In this document: positions 1-7,137 of the stretch, in pieces | Numbering within the stretch: the stretch's first letter is position 1 | How the letters are laid out: each line of letters begins with the position of its first letter | From: a virus | Lineage: Duplodnaviria > Caudoviricetes | Virus record (IMG/VR): IMGVR_UViG_3300027627_000028 | Span: 1 to 24,392 of that record | Reading direction: 5' to 3' (one strand) | Length of the DNA stretch: 24,392 bases | The notes under the pieces: generated by a model | Database searches by the model: none | Seen by the model: only the letters and a program-made list of their open reading frames with translations | Told to the model about the DNA's origin: nothing | Translations under genes and position numbers: made by a program

Positions 1-153
1 CACACCAAGCGTACCCGTAACATTTGAGTTGCTAAGCGTCGAATTACCAGACACACCAAGCGTGCCCGTAACATTTGAGTTGCTAAGCGTCGAATTACCA
101 GACACACCAAGCGTGCCCGTAACATTTGAGTTGCTAAGCGTCGAATTACCAGA
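1..153 (-). repeat. Coding tandem repeat, 3 x 51 nt (SGNSTLSNSNVTGTLGV), likely continuing beyond the window
   Basis: Units 1-51, 52-102 and 103-153 are identical except one synonymous base (a at 13 versus g at 64 and 115). Degenerate units continue to about 300 (SGDSTFNDVYVTGTFNA). Confidence 0.97.
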
Positions 154-3100
154 TGCGTTAAAAGTTCCGGTTACATACACATCGTTGAACGTCGAGTCAC
201 CTGACACCCTCAAGTCTCCAGAAATTGTAACCTCACCAGTAATGCTCACCCCATTCCTGAGTCTCGTATGACCATATACAGTAAGGTTTCCAAAGACGTC
301 TAAGTCTTTGATTTGCATTTTGTAAATTCCGGTAGAGGTTCCCCCTACGAATGCCGTTGCAGAATTAACGTAAATATCAAATTTTTGAGGAAGAGGACTT
401 ATCTCTGTTGGGACAAGCCCAGTTAATTTAACGTTGCCAAACGAATCTACTCCATCCTGACCAAGATTTGTAACGGAATAAAATTCGTTGTTTAGTTTAG
501 AATTGAATCTAACTGTCGCCGCGTCTTGCAAGTATTTTCCAAAAATAGTAACTACGCTGCCTTCCGTGCCTTCTGATGGGGAAAATCCGGTTATCGTAGG
601 CGGCTTTAATATTCTGAAGTATTGACTTGAAATTCCGCTAGCGGTTGGCGATGCCAAGGAAATTCTTCCGCTCTCTGGGGTTATGCTCGGGACCGTAAAT
701 GTTAGGTCATTCGCGTATCGACTTGTCATCGTTAGCGGGTAATAGACATTTAAATCGTCTACAAGATGTAAGTTCTCTATATTCCCTAGTCCGCTTCCGA
801 TAACGTGCGCCGAAGTTTGAGCAAATCCGCTTGCTGGAGAGAACCCCGACACCTGGATAGTCTCTGGGGTTATTATTAGGTCCCAACTTTTAAATAGCAG
901 GCCGCTTAACCTTGCGGCAGTTCTAGATCCAGTAAAAGCTCTATGCCAATCCGATCCGCTAGTCTGGTAGTTCGTCGGCAGGTTTTGTCCAGAGAACGCG
1001 TCTCCGCCAAGTATTCTGACCGCGCCGTAAGTAGGGTAAATCGCAGGCTCATCAAAGAATAAAAATACTTTACCAGTTCCTATGAAATTAGAGCCGACTT
1101 GTAATGGGATTACATAAAGCCCAGTTCTAGAATCAGTGACTCCAGATCCAATTATCCCCTTATAGATCGGATAGTTATATTCGAATGGCTCCAGAGGATC
1201 AGTTAAATAACTTGAGGTCGGCTCCGGCGGAATGAAAAATTCTCCTAAACCGAAGAAGCTTTGCTCTTCTCCATTTACTTCTTTATTACTCGTGTTGTAC
1301 TTGCTGACGAACTCTATCCGGCCGCTTCCTAAAGTTGTATTTCCACTTATTCCTAAGCAGCTCAAGTTCAGGTTAACTGCGTTTAAACCTGATACATAAA
1401 GAGTATCTCCTACTGATATAGTGGTATGAGATATTCCAGATATTAGCGGCAGAGGGGTAAACGAAACGGCGGACGGAATAAGGTCAGATTCGGATGGGTT
1501 AGTATACTCTATGTTTGTGGAATAGATTGGCGTGGTCCTAGAGATCGGATGCGGAACTATTATGTTTGCCACCTTATCTACGCCAGATATGGTATATTCA
1601 GTCTTTAATCCAGATAGGATTCCTAGACCCAACGTTCCGTTTAAGTTTATGGAAGTTTGGTCCTCGCTCTCGATGAAGGGGGTTGTATTATTTATTGTGC
1701 CGCTTCTTATTCCGTCAAAATAGAATCTAGAGGCGTGTATATCGTCTCCGCGTATGACAATAGTATCTCCATAAATACCGCTGGAGGGGGAGATTTCGCC
1801 TACGGAGTTATTCGTGTTAACCGATAAGTTCGACGCGCTCGCTTCGGAGTCATAAGTGCCGATGAGCGTTATCGGGCCGGAAATGGCATTGGTCGGAACG
1901 CGAACCTCGATGCCCGTCTTAGGGAATCCATTCGCGGGTAGATATTTTGCGAAATAGGCATTTGTGAACGGTACGACCACCAGCCCGTTAACGCCGCTAA
2001 ATCCTACTCCCGTTGTTTGAAAAATATTGAGGCCCGTAATTTTAACTATGTCTCCCCTAATTTGAGACGATGGATAAAACCCGCTAAAAACCATAGCGGG
2101 AGGAATCGTCTCGAAATCTCCGGTTGTAGCCGAGGAACCAAGCGCGGAGCGAACATTAAACGGGGCTATATTATTTCTAAATAAAGCGCTTCGGCTTAAA
2201 TATCCCGTCGTGTTTGGCATCTCAATTAAAACGCCTGTCCCAAGATCCCCCAAATAAGAAAAGCCCGTGATTGGAACGAAGCCGTGCTCTATCGACGTTA
2301 TATTTTTTAGGTTTCTTCCGCTAAGCACTACGGAGCTTAACGTGGCCCCAGAAAGAGGAGTAAAGCCAGACAGGCCTGGCGCTCCAATATAAACAAACGA
2401 CTCAGCAGAAGTCACGTAATCTACGCCATTATCCACCACCACTTTATAATTTATGGAGCTGGAAAGACCGGGAATAATTCCCGACAGCCCGCTATATGTT
2501 ATGAAGTTGATTGTCGATGGCACGAGCGTGCCAGAGGTCTTTATGCCGCTAAAATAAAGCTTAGTCGTGTCCGAATAAAACCCGTCGCCGCTAACAGATA
2601 TATACGCATTTCTAGAAGCGCTCGACGGCGAAAAAGACGATAACGTTGGGGCAGATTTAATGAAAAGGATATTGGATCCAATTCCCGACCCTATACTCGT
2701 CTGTATCCGAACGCTACTTAGCCCAGAAACTCCCGAAGGGATACTGAATTGAAAGCTCGTGTCACTGAGTTCGCTTGAATACACCGTGGCTGGAAACAAA
2801 AGATTACTCGTGCTCGCCCCAACAGAGGACACAAGATAAAGCCCCGTGACACCTACAAGGTCGCTGCCTGATACCTCGATTATTTGTCCTTGACGCCCCC
2901 TAACGGCAGGTAGACCGGTCGATGGATGGGCAGAAGAAACTGTCGGGACGGATCTCGTAGCATTGAAAATTTGCGTCGAAGCATGCGCTCCTCCGTCTGG
3001 TGTTAGCAGGCTCAATACGCCAGAGCGCGCGCCGACGGGGACATAACCCGTTAGCGCGGCGGAGCTTTGAATTCCAAATGCACCGGTAACGCCATTAAAA

Positions 3101-4746
3101 TCAACTATAAAATTATCATATAAAGGACTGGAAACGCCAGAGGCGGCCCGCTTTAAGTTAGAGGAGTAAAAGTCATTTCCCCCGATTGTTACTGACTGTC
3201 CAGGCGGGCCAGAATCTGGTGTCGAGCTTGTGATCTCGGCGTAGGTTATAAACCCAGTAAAATAACTAGCAGCTCCTAGTTGAGTCGTTAGAATTACAGG
3301 TCCAGAAGTGTTTCCAGCTGGTAGCGTAACTGGAATATGTCTTGGATCAGTTATCGTTCCTATGGTTGCAGATATACCATTAAAAGATACCGACGTCGTC
3401 CCAGATAGGGCCAGTCCAGTTATAATGATATTGTCCCCAGCTGAAGCGGTGAGCAAATCAAGGGATTTTATGACTGGAAAAGGCAGAAATTTTGAAGCAG
3501 AAGTTCCAGACGTATTAGTAAAATTTGATTTTACTGTTACGTAGCCCCACTGAGCCGCATTTGGGATGACTGCTTCTGCGAGCGTGTCGTTAATAAAAAT
3601 AAATTCACTTACAAGAGTCTCGCCGATATAAATTTCATCAGCAGTGTTAAAGCTGGAGCCGCTTACTTTAATTCTTGTACCTAATAAGCCAGACGTAGGA
3701 GATATCCCGTCTACCACTACGCCGTTCGAAATAAATCCAAAGTTTGTTGGCGTAGAGGTTTTACCGTCGCCTACGCGCAAAGAAATCGGGCCTGTTACGC
3801 CGCCGAGAGGTACTATGAAAGTTAGTTTTTTATCGCTTAGATATTCAACTTCACTTATGTAAACACTGCCCAAGAAAACTTCCGGAAAAACATTAAATCC
3901 ATATCCACTTACTGTTATCTCATGCCCGGGCTCTCCAGTGCTTGGGTGATAGCCCGTTATTGACGGCACTTCTCCAGGAGCCTCTTGTTTTACAATCAGG
4001 GTCCCACGGGTGAATGAGTCTTCTGAAACTGATATATTTCTACTGTCTATAATTCCGCTAGCGATATAAGTCTCTTTTACTAACCCATCGCTTGCGTCTC
4101 TAAGATGCAGCTTCAAACTAGCTTGATCACCATAAATAGAAAGCTGCCCCGATAAGCCGTCAAAATCTACTTTAGTGCTGATTTGTTTTCTTCCGAAAGT
4201 GACCCTCTCCGGCACCAGGTTTGTTAGACCTTCTCCGGTCTGAACGTGATAGTGCGGTTTTATTTCAGTTCTAAACGAATAGGCCGCAGAAGCGATGTTG
4301 CCCGAATTTCCAATATTTACTTCGTCCAAAGTAACGTTGCTACAGTTTAAGACTGGTGTGTTTTCAGGCGTGGAGGTGTTAGCAAAGAACGTCCCAGTAA
4401 TATGATTAAAAACGACAATCTGAATGTCTGCCGCGACGGGCTGATTCGCCGCCGCGTTAATCGAATAGCTGGAGATATAACCGCTAGTGAAAAGTAGTCC
4501 GCCGATGCTACCATCTAAAGCCGTTTTCTCTTCGTGGATGAACGCCTTTATCGGGTCTATGCCAGTCAAATAATAGGAGATGTTGATAACGCTCGTAACG
4601 CTATCCGTCGGAACATAGTCGTACGAAAACCTTCTATTAGTTAGATACTTAGCTTCCGTTGAGCTTTGAACGTCTATGCTGACGTTAGACGCTAAGATTT
4701 GAACGCCGCTTAAGTTAACCTGGCAATTCTTATAACTGTAAAACAT
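1..4746 (-). CDS. Giant virion structural protein (partial, >1582 aa): N-terminal tail-tube-like domain, about 12 IPT/TIG-like Ig repeats, then 17-aa beta repeats
   Basis: ATG at 4746-4744 overlaps the TAA of the upstream gene (TAATG). Manual translation starts MFYSYKNCQVNLSGVQILASNVSIDVQ and stays in the same frame to base 1 (ends SNVTGTLGV). It is absent from the ORF track because no stop lies in the window. Repeat starts include VPSITGYHPSTGEPGHEITVSGYGF, APTLSSFSPSSASRNAYISVSGDGF and PPTITGFSPSEGTEGSVVTIFGKYL, matching the IPT/TIG P-x-I-xx-x-x-P-x-SG-xx-G-xx-V-x-I-x-G pattern. Confidence 0.88.
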   Translation of the reverse strand, partial: MFYSYKNCQVNLSGVQILASNVSIDVQSSTEAKYLTNRRFSYDYVPTDSVTSVINISYYLTGIDPIKAFIHEEKTALDGSIGGLLFTSGYISSYSINAAANQPVAADIQIVVFNHITGTFFANTSTPENTPVLNCSNVTLDEVNIGNSGNIASAAYSFRTEIKPHYHVQTGEGLTNLVPERVTFGRKQISTKVDFDGLSGQLSIYGDQASLKLHLRDASDGLVKETYIASGIIDSRNISVSEDSFTRGTLIVKQEAPGEVPSITGYHPSTGEPGHEITVSGYGFNVFPEVFLGSVYISEVEYLSDKKLTFIVPLGGVTGPISLRVGDGKTSTPTNFGFISNGVVVDGISPTSGLLGTRIKVSGSSFNTADEIYIGETLVSEFIFINDTLAEAVIPNAAQWGYVTVKSNFTNTSGTSASKFLPFPVIKSLDLLTASAGDNIIITGLALSGTTSVSFNGISATIGTITDPRHIPVTLPAGNTSGPVILTTQLGAASYFTGFITYAEITSSTPDSGPPGQSVTIGGNDFYSSNLKRAASGVSSPLYDNFIVDFNGVTGAFGIQSSAALTGYVPVGARSGVLSLLTPDGGAHASTQIFNATRSVPTVSSAHPSTGLPAVRGRQGQIIEVSGSDLVGVTGLYLVSSVGASTSNLLFPATVYSSELSDTSFQFSIPSGVSGLSSVRIQTSIGSGIGSNILFIKSAPTLSSFSPSSASRNAYISVSGDGFYSDTTKLYFSGIKTSGTLVPSTINFITYSGLSGIIPGLSSSINYKVVVDNGVDYVTSAESFVYIGAPGLSGFTPLSGATLSSVVLSGRNLKNITSIEHGFVPITGFSYLGDLGTGVLIEMPNTTGYLSRSALFRNNIAPFNVRSALGSSATTGDFETIPPAMVFSGFYPSSQIRGDIVKITGLNIFQTTGVGFSGVNGLVVVPFTNAYFAKYLPANGFPKTGIEVRVPTNAISGPITLIGTYDSEASASNLSVNTNNSVGEISPSSGIYGDTIVIRGDDIHASRFYFDGIRSGTINNTTPFIESEDQTSINLNGTLGLGILSGLKTEYTISGVDKVANIIVPHPISRTTPIYSTNIEYTNPSESDLIPSAVSFTPLPLISGISHTTISVGDTLYVSGLNAVNLNLSCLGISGNTTLGSGRIEFVSKYNTSNKEVNGEEQSFFGLGEFFIPPEPTSSYLTDPLEPFEYNYPIYKGIIGSGVTDSRTGLYVIPLQVGSNFIGTGKVFLFFDEPAIYPTYGAVRILGGDAFSGQNLPTNYQTSGSDWHRAFTGSRTAARLSGLLFKSWDLIITPETIQVSGFSPASGFAQTSAHVIGSGLGNIENLHLVDDLNVYYPLTMTSRYANDLTFTVPSITPESGRISLASPTASGISSQYFRILKPPTITGFSPSEGTEGSVVTIFGKYLQDAATVRFNSKLNNEFYSVTNLGQDGVDSFGNVKLTGLVPTEISPLPQKFDIYVNSATAFVGGTSTGIYKMQIKDLDVFGNLTVYGHTRLRNGVSITGEVTISGDLRVSGDSTFNDVYVTGTFNASGNSTLSNSNVTGTLGVSGNSTLSNSNVTGTLGVSGNSTLSNSNVTGTLGV

Positions 4747-5573
4747 TAGTTATATCTTTTCATTATGATCTCCGTCTTTGCGAAATCATTTACATTTATA
4801 GATAAGTTTGACGCACTCACTTGGGCTCCAGACATGTCGAACTCCATGTACGTGTTGATGTTTTCGTCGCACAACCTGCCTAATGGGTACAACCTTAGTC
4901 TTGGGTTATTAAGGCAGTCTTCGAACTCTTCACACCCGCTCATTCCATAAAAAGTAATTGGTTTAAATTGATCTTTTAAGACGTTTACCTCTTCTTCGCT
5001 AGAGATCAACAGGACCTGATTCGGGTACTTTCTTCCGAGCGTATATACGGGGTCGGTTCTCGCATTAAAGCTGTAAGCAAAATTAAATATTGGAACATTC
5101 ACGACGCCAGCGTCTGAACGGATTTCGCTTGTCCAATAGTGAGCTAGACCAGTATAGCCCGTCGGAAACGTTATGTCATTAATTTTTTCAGCAACTTGGC
5201 CGGACAAAGGCTCGAAGCTTTTATATGTTACGTCGGCTTTGACAGCCTCATTTGGCGAGACCCTGATTTTATAACTCTGTAGATAAAAGTTCCCAGTTAT
5301 TCCGGCTATAGTAATTTGTCTTGGGGTCAAGGTTTCGAAGTCGGTGGTGGCTTTCATTTCTAGAACTTCGGCGTGACCTAGGTCTTTGCCGACTTCTATA
5401 TAATAAGAAACGCTGAGATCTGAGGATATTGCTCCATCCGGCTCGATGCTAGTCTGAGCTTTTCTTCCTAGGGGTCTAATTGGGCGCAAAGAATTCTGCG
5501 AAGACAAGGAAACCGATTCGGCCATTAATCCCGTGCCGTTTACCCTTACGTCGCAATTATTAAAGAAAATCAT
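4746..5573 (-). CDS. Tail-tube-like protein, paralog 2 (275 aa, two tandem tube-like halves)
   Basis: Beta-rich protein with the tube-type hairpin motif FAYSFNARTDPVYTLGRKYP. Its N-terminus (MIFFNNCDVRVNG...SVSYYI) aligns by eye with the giant ORF N-terminus (MFYSYKNCQVNLSG...NISYYL). The ORF is secure; the function is inferred. Confidence 0.62.
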   Translation of the reverse strand: MIFFNNCDVRVNGTGLMAESVSLSSQNSLRPIRPLGRKAQTSIEPDGAISSDLSVSYYIEVGKDLGHAEVLEMKATTDFETLTPRQITIAGITGNFYLQSYKIRVSPNEAVKADVTYKSFEPLSGQVAEKINDITFPTGYTGLAHYWTSEIRSDAGVVNVPIFNFAYSFNARTDPVYTLGRKYPNQVLLISSEEEVNVLKDQFKPITFYGMSGCEEFEDCLNNPRLRLYPLGRLCDENINTYMEFDMSGAQVSASNLSINVNDFAKTEIIMKRYN

Positions 5574-5575
5574 CG

Positions 5576-5606
5576 CCTTTAACCTTTTACCTTCTAATTT
5601 TACACT
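5576..5606 (-). promoter_or_regulatory. Putative phage promoter/leader: AGTGTAA followed by three 7-nt-periodic AAGG units
   Basis: Minus strand reads AGTGTAAAATTAGAAGGTAAAAGGTTAAAGG-CG-ATG; 25/31 identical to the leader of gene M at 6565-6595. Confidence 0.6.
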
Positions 5607-5609
5607 AAT

Positions 5610-6515
5610 TTAGGAGGTAGAGGTTATTAATTCTGGCGTATTTATGTTTCCACTAGAAGTGGTGAGGATGGGGATGTATGATCTATATTCAGCATTAACA
5701 ACTAAATTGTCCTCGGTATTCACCGAGTAGCTCTCTGCAACGAGCTCTATACCAGAGAATCGGAAGGAAGTAATCGCAGTCGCGTCAGCTTCGTTTTTAA
5801 TGTTTATCTCGAAGTTCTTCAGGGTTTGCTTGCATGGGAAGCCTCGGAAGCTGGAAAAGTCATAATCATTAACTATGATCTGGAAGCTTACTGTTGCTAC
5901 TATTGGATAATTAATTAATATTTGGTGCGGGAATCTACTCCCCATTATATAGAAGTCCTGCCTAGGAACATCTATACTTACAGAATAAGAATTAACCAAG
6001 TTAGTTTGAGCGTCATCCAGAGTTATCTCTATGTTGGACGGCGTGCTAATCTTAGTTATAGACCCTTGATTTGGGTTGCTTTGTATGTATTGCAGTTCCG
6101 CGAGCGCGCCCGCAGGCATTTCCCCAGTGGGAATTTTGCCTAAATCCCCTAAGACCGTAAAGGTGGCAGAAACCTCCGGCATCTGCCCAATCGCGCAAGA
6201 TGAGGTATAATTAGTTAAATAACCAGAGTAAAATCCATAGTTATCGTTAATGTTAGAGGTGTCCTTAAGGACAAAGCCGTTAAATGTGCTCTCGGAGATG
6301 CATTTTATGAACGGGTCCTTGTTGGCGACCAAGGCTCTCAAGTTGACTGCTCCAGCTTGAATACCAATTGGCACTTTTATAAAATGTCTAGTTCCAATGA
6401 AGTTTACCGGCGCCTCGTTGACCCTATAGCTGGCCTCGATAGACTGAGCACCGAAGACCTGTCCAGAACCCAAAAATAACTTCTGATTGTCTTTATTAAT
6501 GAGCGAAAATGACAT
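5610..6515 (-). CDS. Tail-tube-like protein, paralog 1 (301 aa, two tandem tube-like halves)
   Basis: Internal two-fold repeat: QSIEASYRVNEAPVNFIG versus NSYSVSIDVPRQDFYIMG, and FYSGYLTNYTSSC...VSATF versus FSGIELVAESYSV...VNAEY. Similar to the two downstream genes and located in a tail cluster. Confidence 0.62.
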   Translation of the reverse strand: MSFSLINKDNQKLFLGSGQVFGAQSIEASYRVNEAPVNFIGTRHFIKVPIGIQAGAVNLRALVANKDPFIKCISESTFNGFVLKDTSNINDNYGFYSGYLTNYTSSCAIGQMPEVSATFTVLGDLGKIPTGEMPAGALAELQYIQSNPNQGSITKISTPSNIEITLDDAQTNLVNSYSVSIDVPRQDFYIMGSRFPHQILINYPIVATVSFQIIVNDYDFSSFRGFPCKQTLKNFEINIKNEADATAITSFRFSGIELVAESYSVNTEDNLVVNAEYRSYIPILTTSSGNINTPELITSTS

Positions 6516-6535
6516 ACTATATTATGGGTTACACC
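6516..6535 (-). promoter_or_regulatory. Putative promoter motif GTGTAA upstream of the 301-aa tube-like gene
   Basis: Minus strand reads GGTGTAACCCATAATATAGT-ATG. This is the third GTGTAA found in the window's short intergenic spaces. Confidence 0.45.
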
Positions 6536-6564
6536 GAGAATTTAGGCAATTCTTTTTTTAAAAA

Positions 6565-6595
6565 AGTGTAAACTTAAAAGGATAAAGGCAAAAGG
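6565..6595 (+). promoter_or_regulatory. Putative phage promoter/leader: AGTGTAA followed by three 7-nt-periodic AAAGG units
   Basis: AGTGTAAACT-TAAAAGG-ATAAAGG-CAAAAGG-TCAT-ATG immediately before gene M; same layout and spacing as 5576-5606. Confidence 0.6.
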
Positions 6596-6599
6596 TCAT

Positions 6600-7136
6600 A
6601 TGGCTAATATTTTTTCGGTAAACGGCTGGGAGTCTGGAAGAACCTACAAGACTCACGACATCGTCACGCACTCTCTTAATGGCAAGAAGAAATACTTTTA
6701 TAGCCTACAGGATCACTCGTCTGACGGCGGCAGCGCCCCCGGATTAAACAGCGCTTATTGGGCGGGTCACTCTTATCACCTTTTGACTAGCAAGCTCAAG
6801 CCCTTATTTATCTGGCGGCCTTCTTATAACTTAACAGTGAGCGCGACCCCATCCGTCATTATAACTAAATTCGGGGATGGCTACGAACAGAGAACGATAG
6901 ATGGAATAAATAATCTTCTTCTAGAAGCAGATCTCTCGTTTGAAGCGAGAGGCTCGAAAGAGACGGCTGCGATTTTACATTTTTTTTCCGCTAGAAGAGC
7001 GCAAGAGTCATTCTTACTTACGCTTCCCCATCCATACGACTTACCTAAACTTTACGTCTGTAGGACGTGGTCGAGCAATTATGTTTTTTACGACAACTAC
7101 TCCATAAGAGCAAAGATAGAGGAGGTTACTGGTTAA
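6600..7136 (+). CDS. M: Minor tail protein M (lambda gpM/distal tail-like) with N-terminal CBM5/12-like module
   Basis: FIWRPSY...KFGDGYEQRTIDGIN...F...YVCRTWS is the gpM signature. The N-terminal GWESGRTYKTHDIV...YFYSLQDH...AP...AYW resembles chitin-binding CBM5/12. Confidence 0.88.
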   Translation: MANIFSVNGWESGRTYKTHDIVTHSLNGKKKYFYSLQDHSSDGGSAPGLNSAYWAGHSYHLLTSKLKPLFIWRPSYNLTVSATPSVIITKFGDGYEQRTIDGINNLLLEADLSFEARGSKETAAILHFFSARRAQESFLLTLPHPYDLPKLYVCRTWSSNYVFYDNYSIRAKIEEVTG

Positions 7137-7137
7137 T

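Noticed and set aside
1-153. CRISPR array interpretation of the 51-nt repeats
   Set aside because: Units are directly adjacent with no unique spacers, the length is a multiple of three, and they are in frame within a coding sequence.
29-3862. Short + strand ORFs (29-271, 1532-1723, 3308-3544, 3644-3862)
   Set aside because: Antisense shadows of the giant minus-strand gene, with non-ATG starts and no recognisable motifs.
1-4745. Apparent 4.7-kb non-coding gap or stop-codon recoding
   Set aside because: The region is one open frame in the standard code that exits the window. Elsewhere TAA, TAG (9113-9115) and TGA (9948-9950) all end genes at sensible positions.
6537-6559. AGAATT-TAGGC-AATTCT hairpin followed by a T-run as an intrinsic terminator
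   Set aside because: The stem is only 6 bp and AT-rich, and no + strand gene lies upstream to terminate; more likely part of the divergent promoter region.
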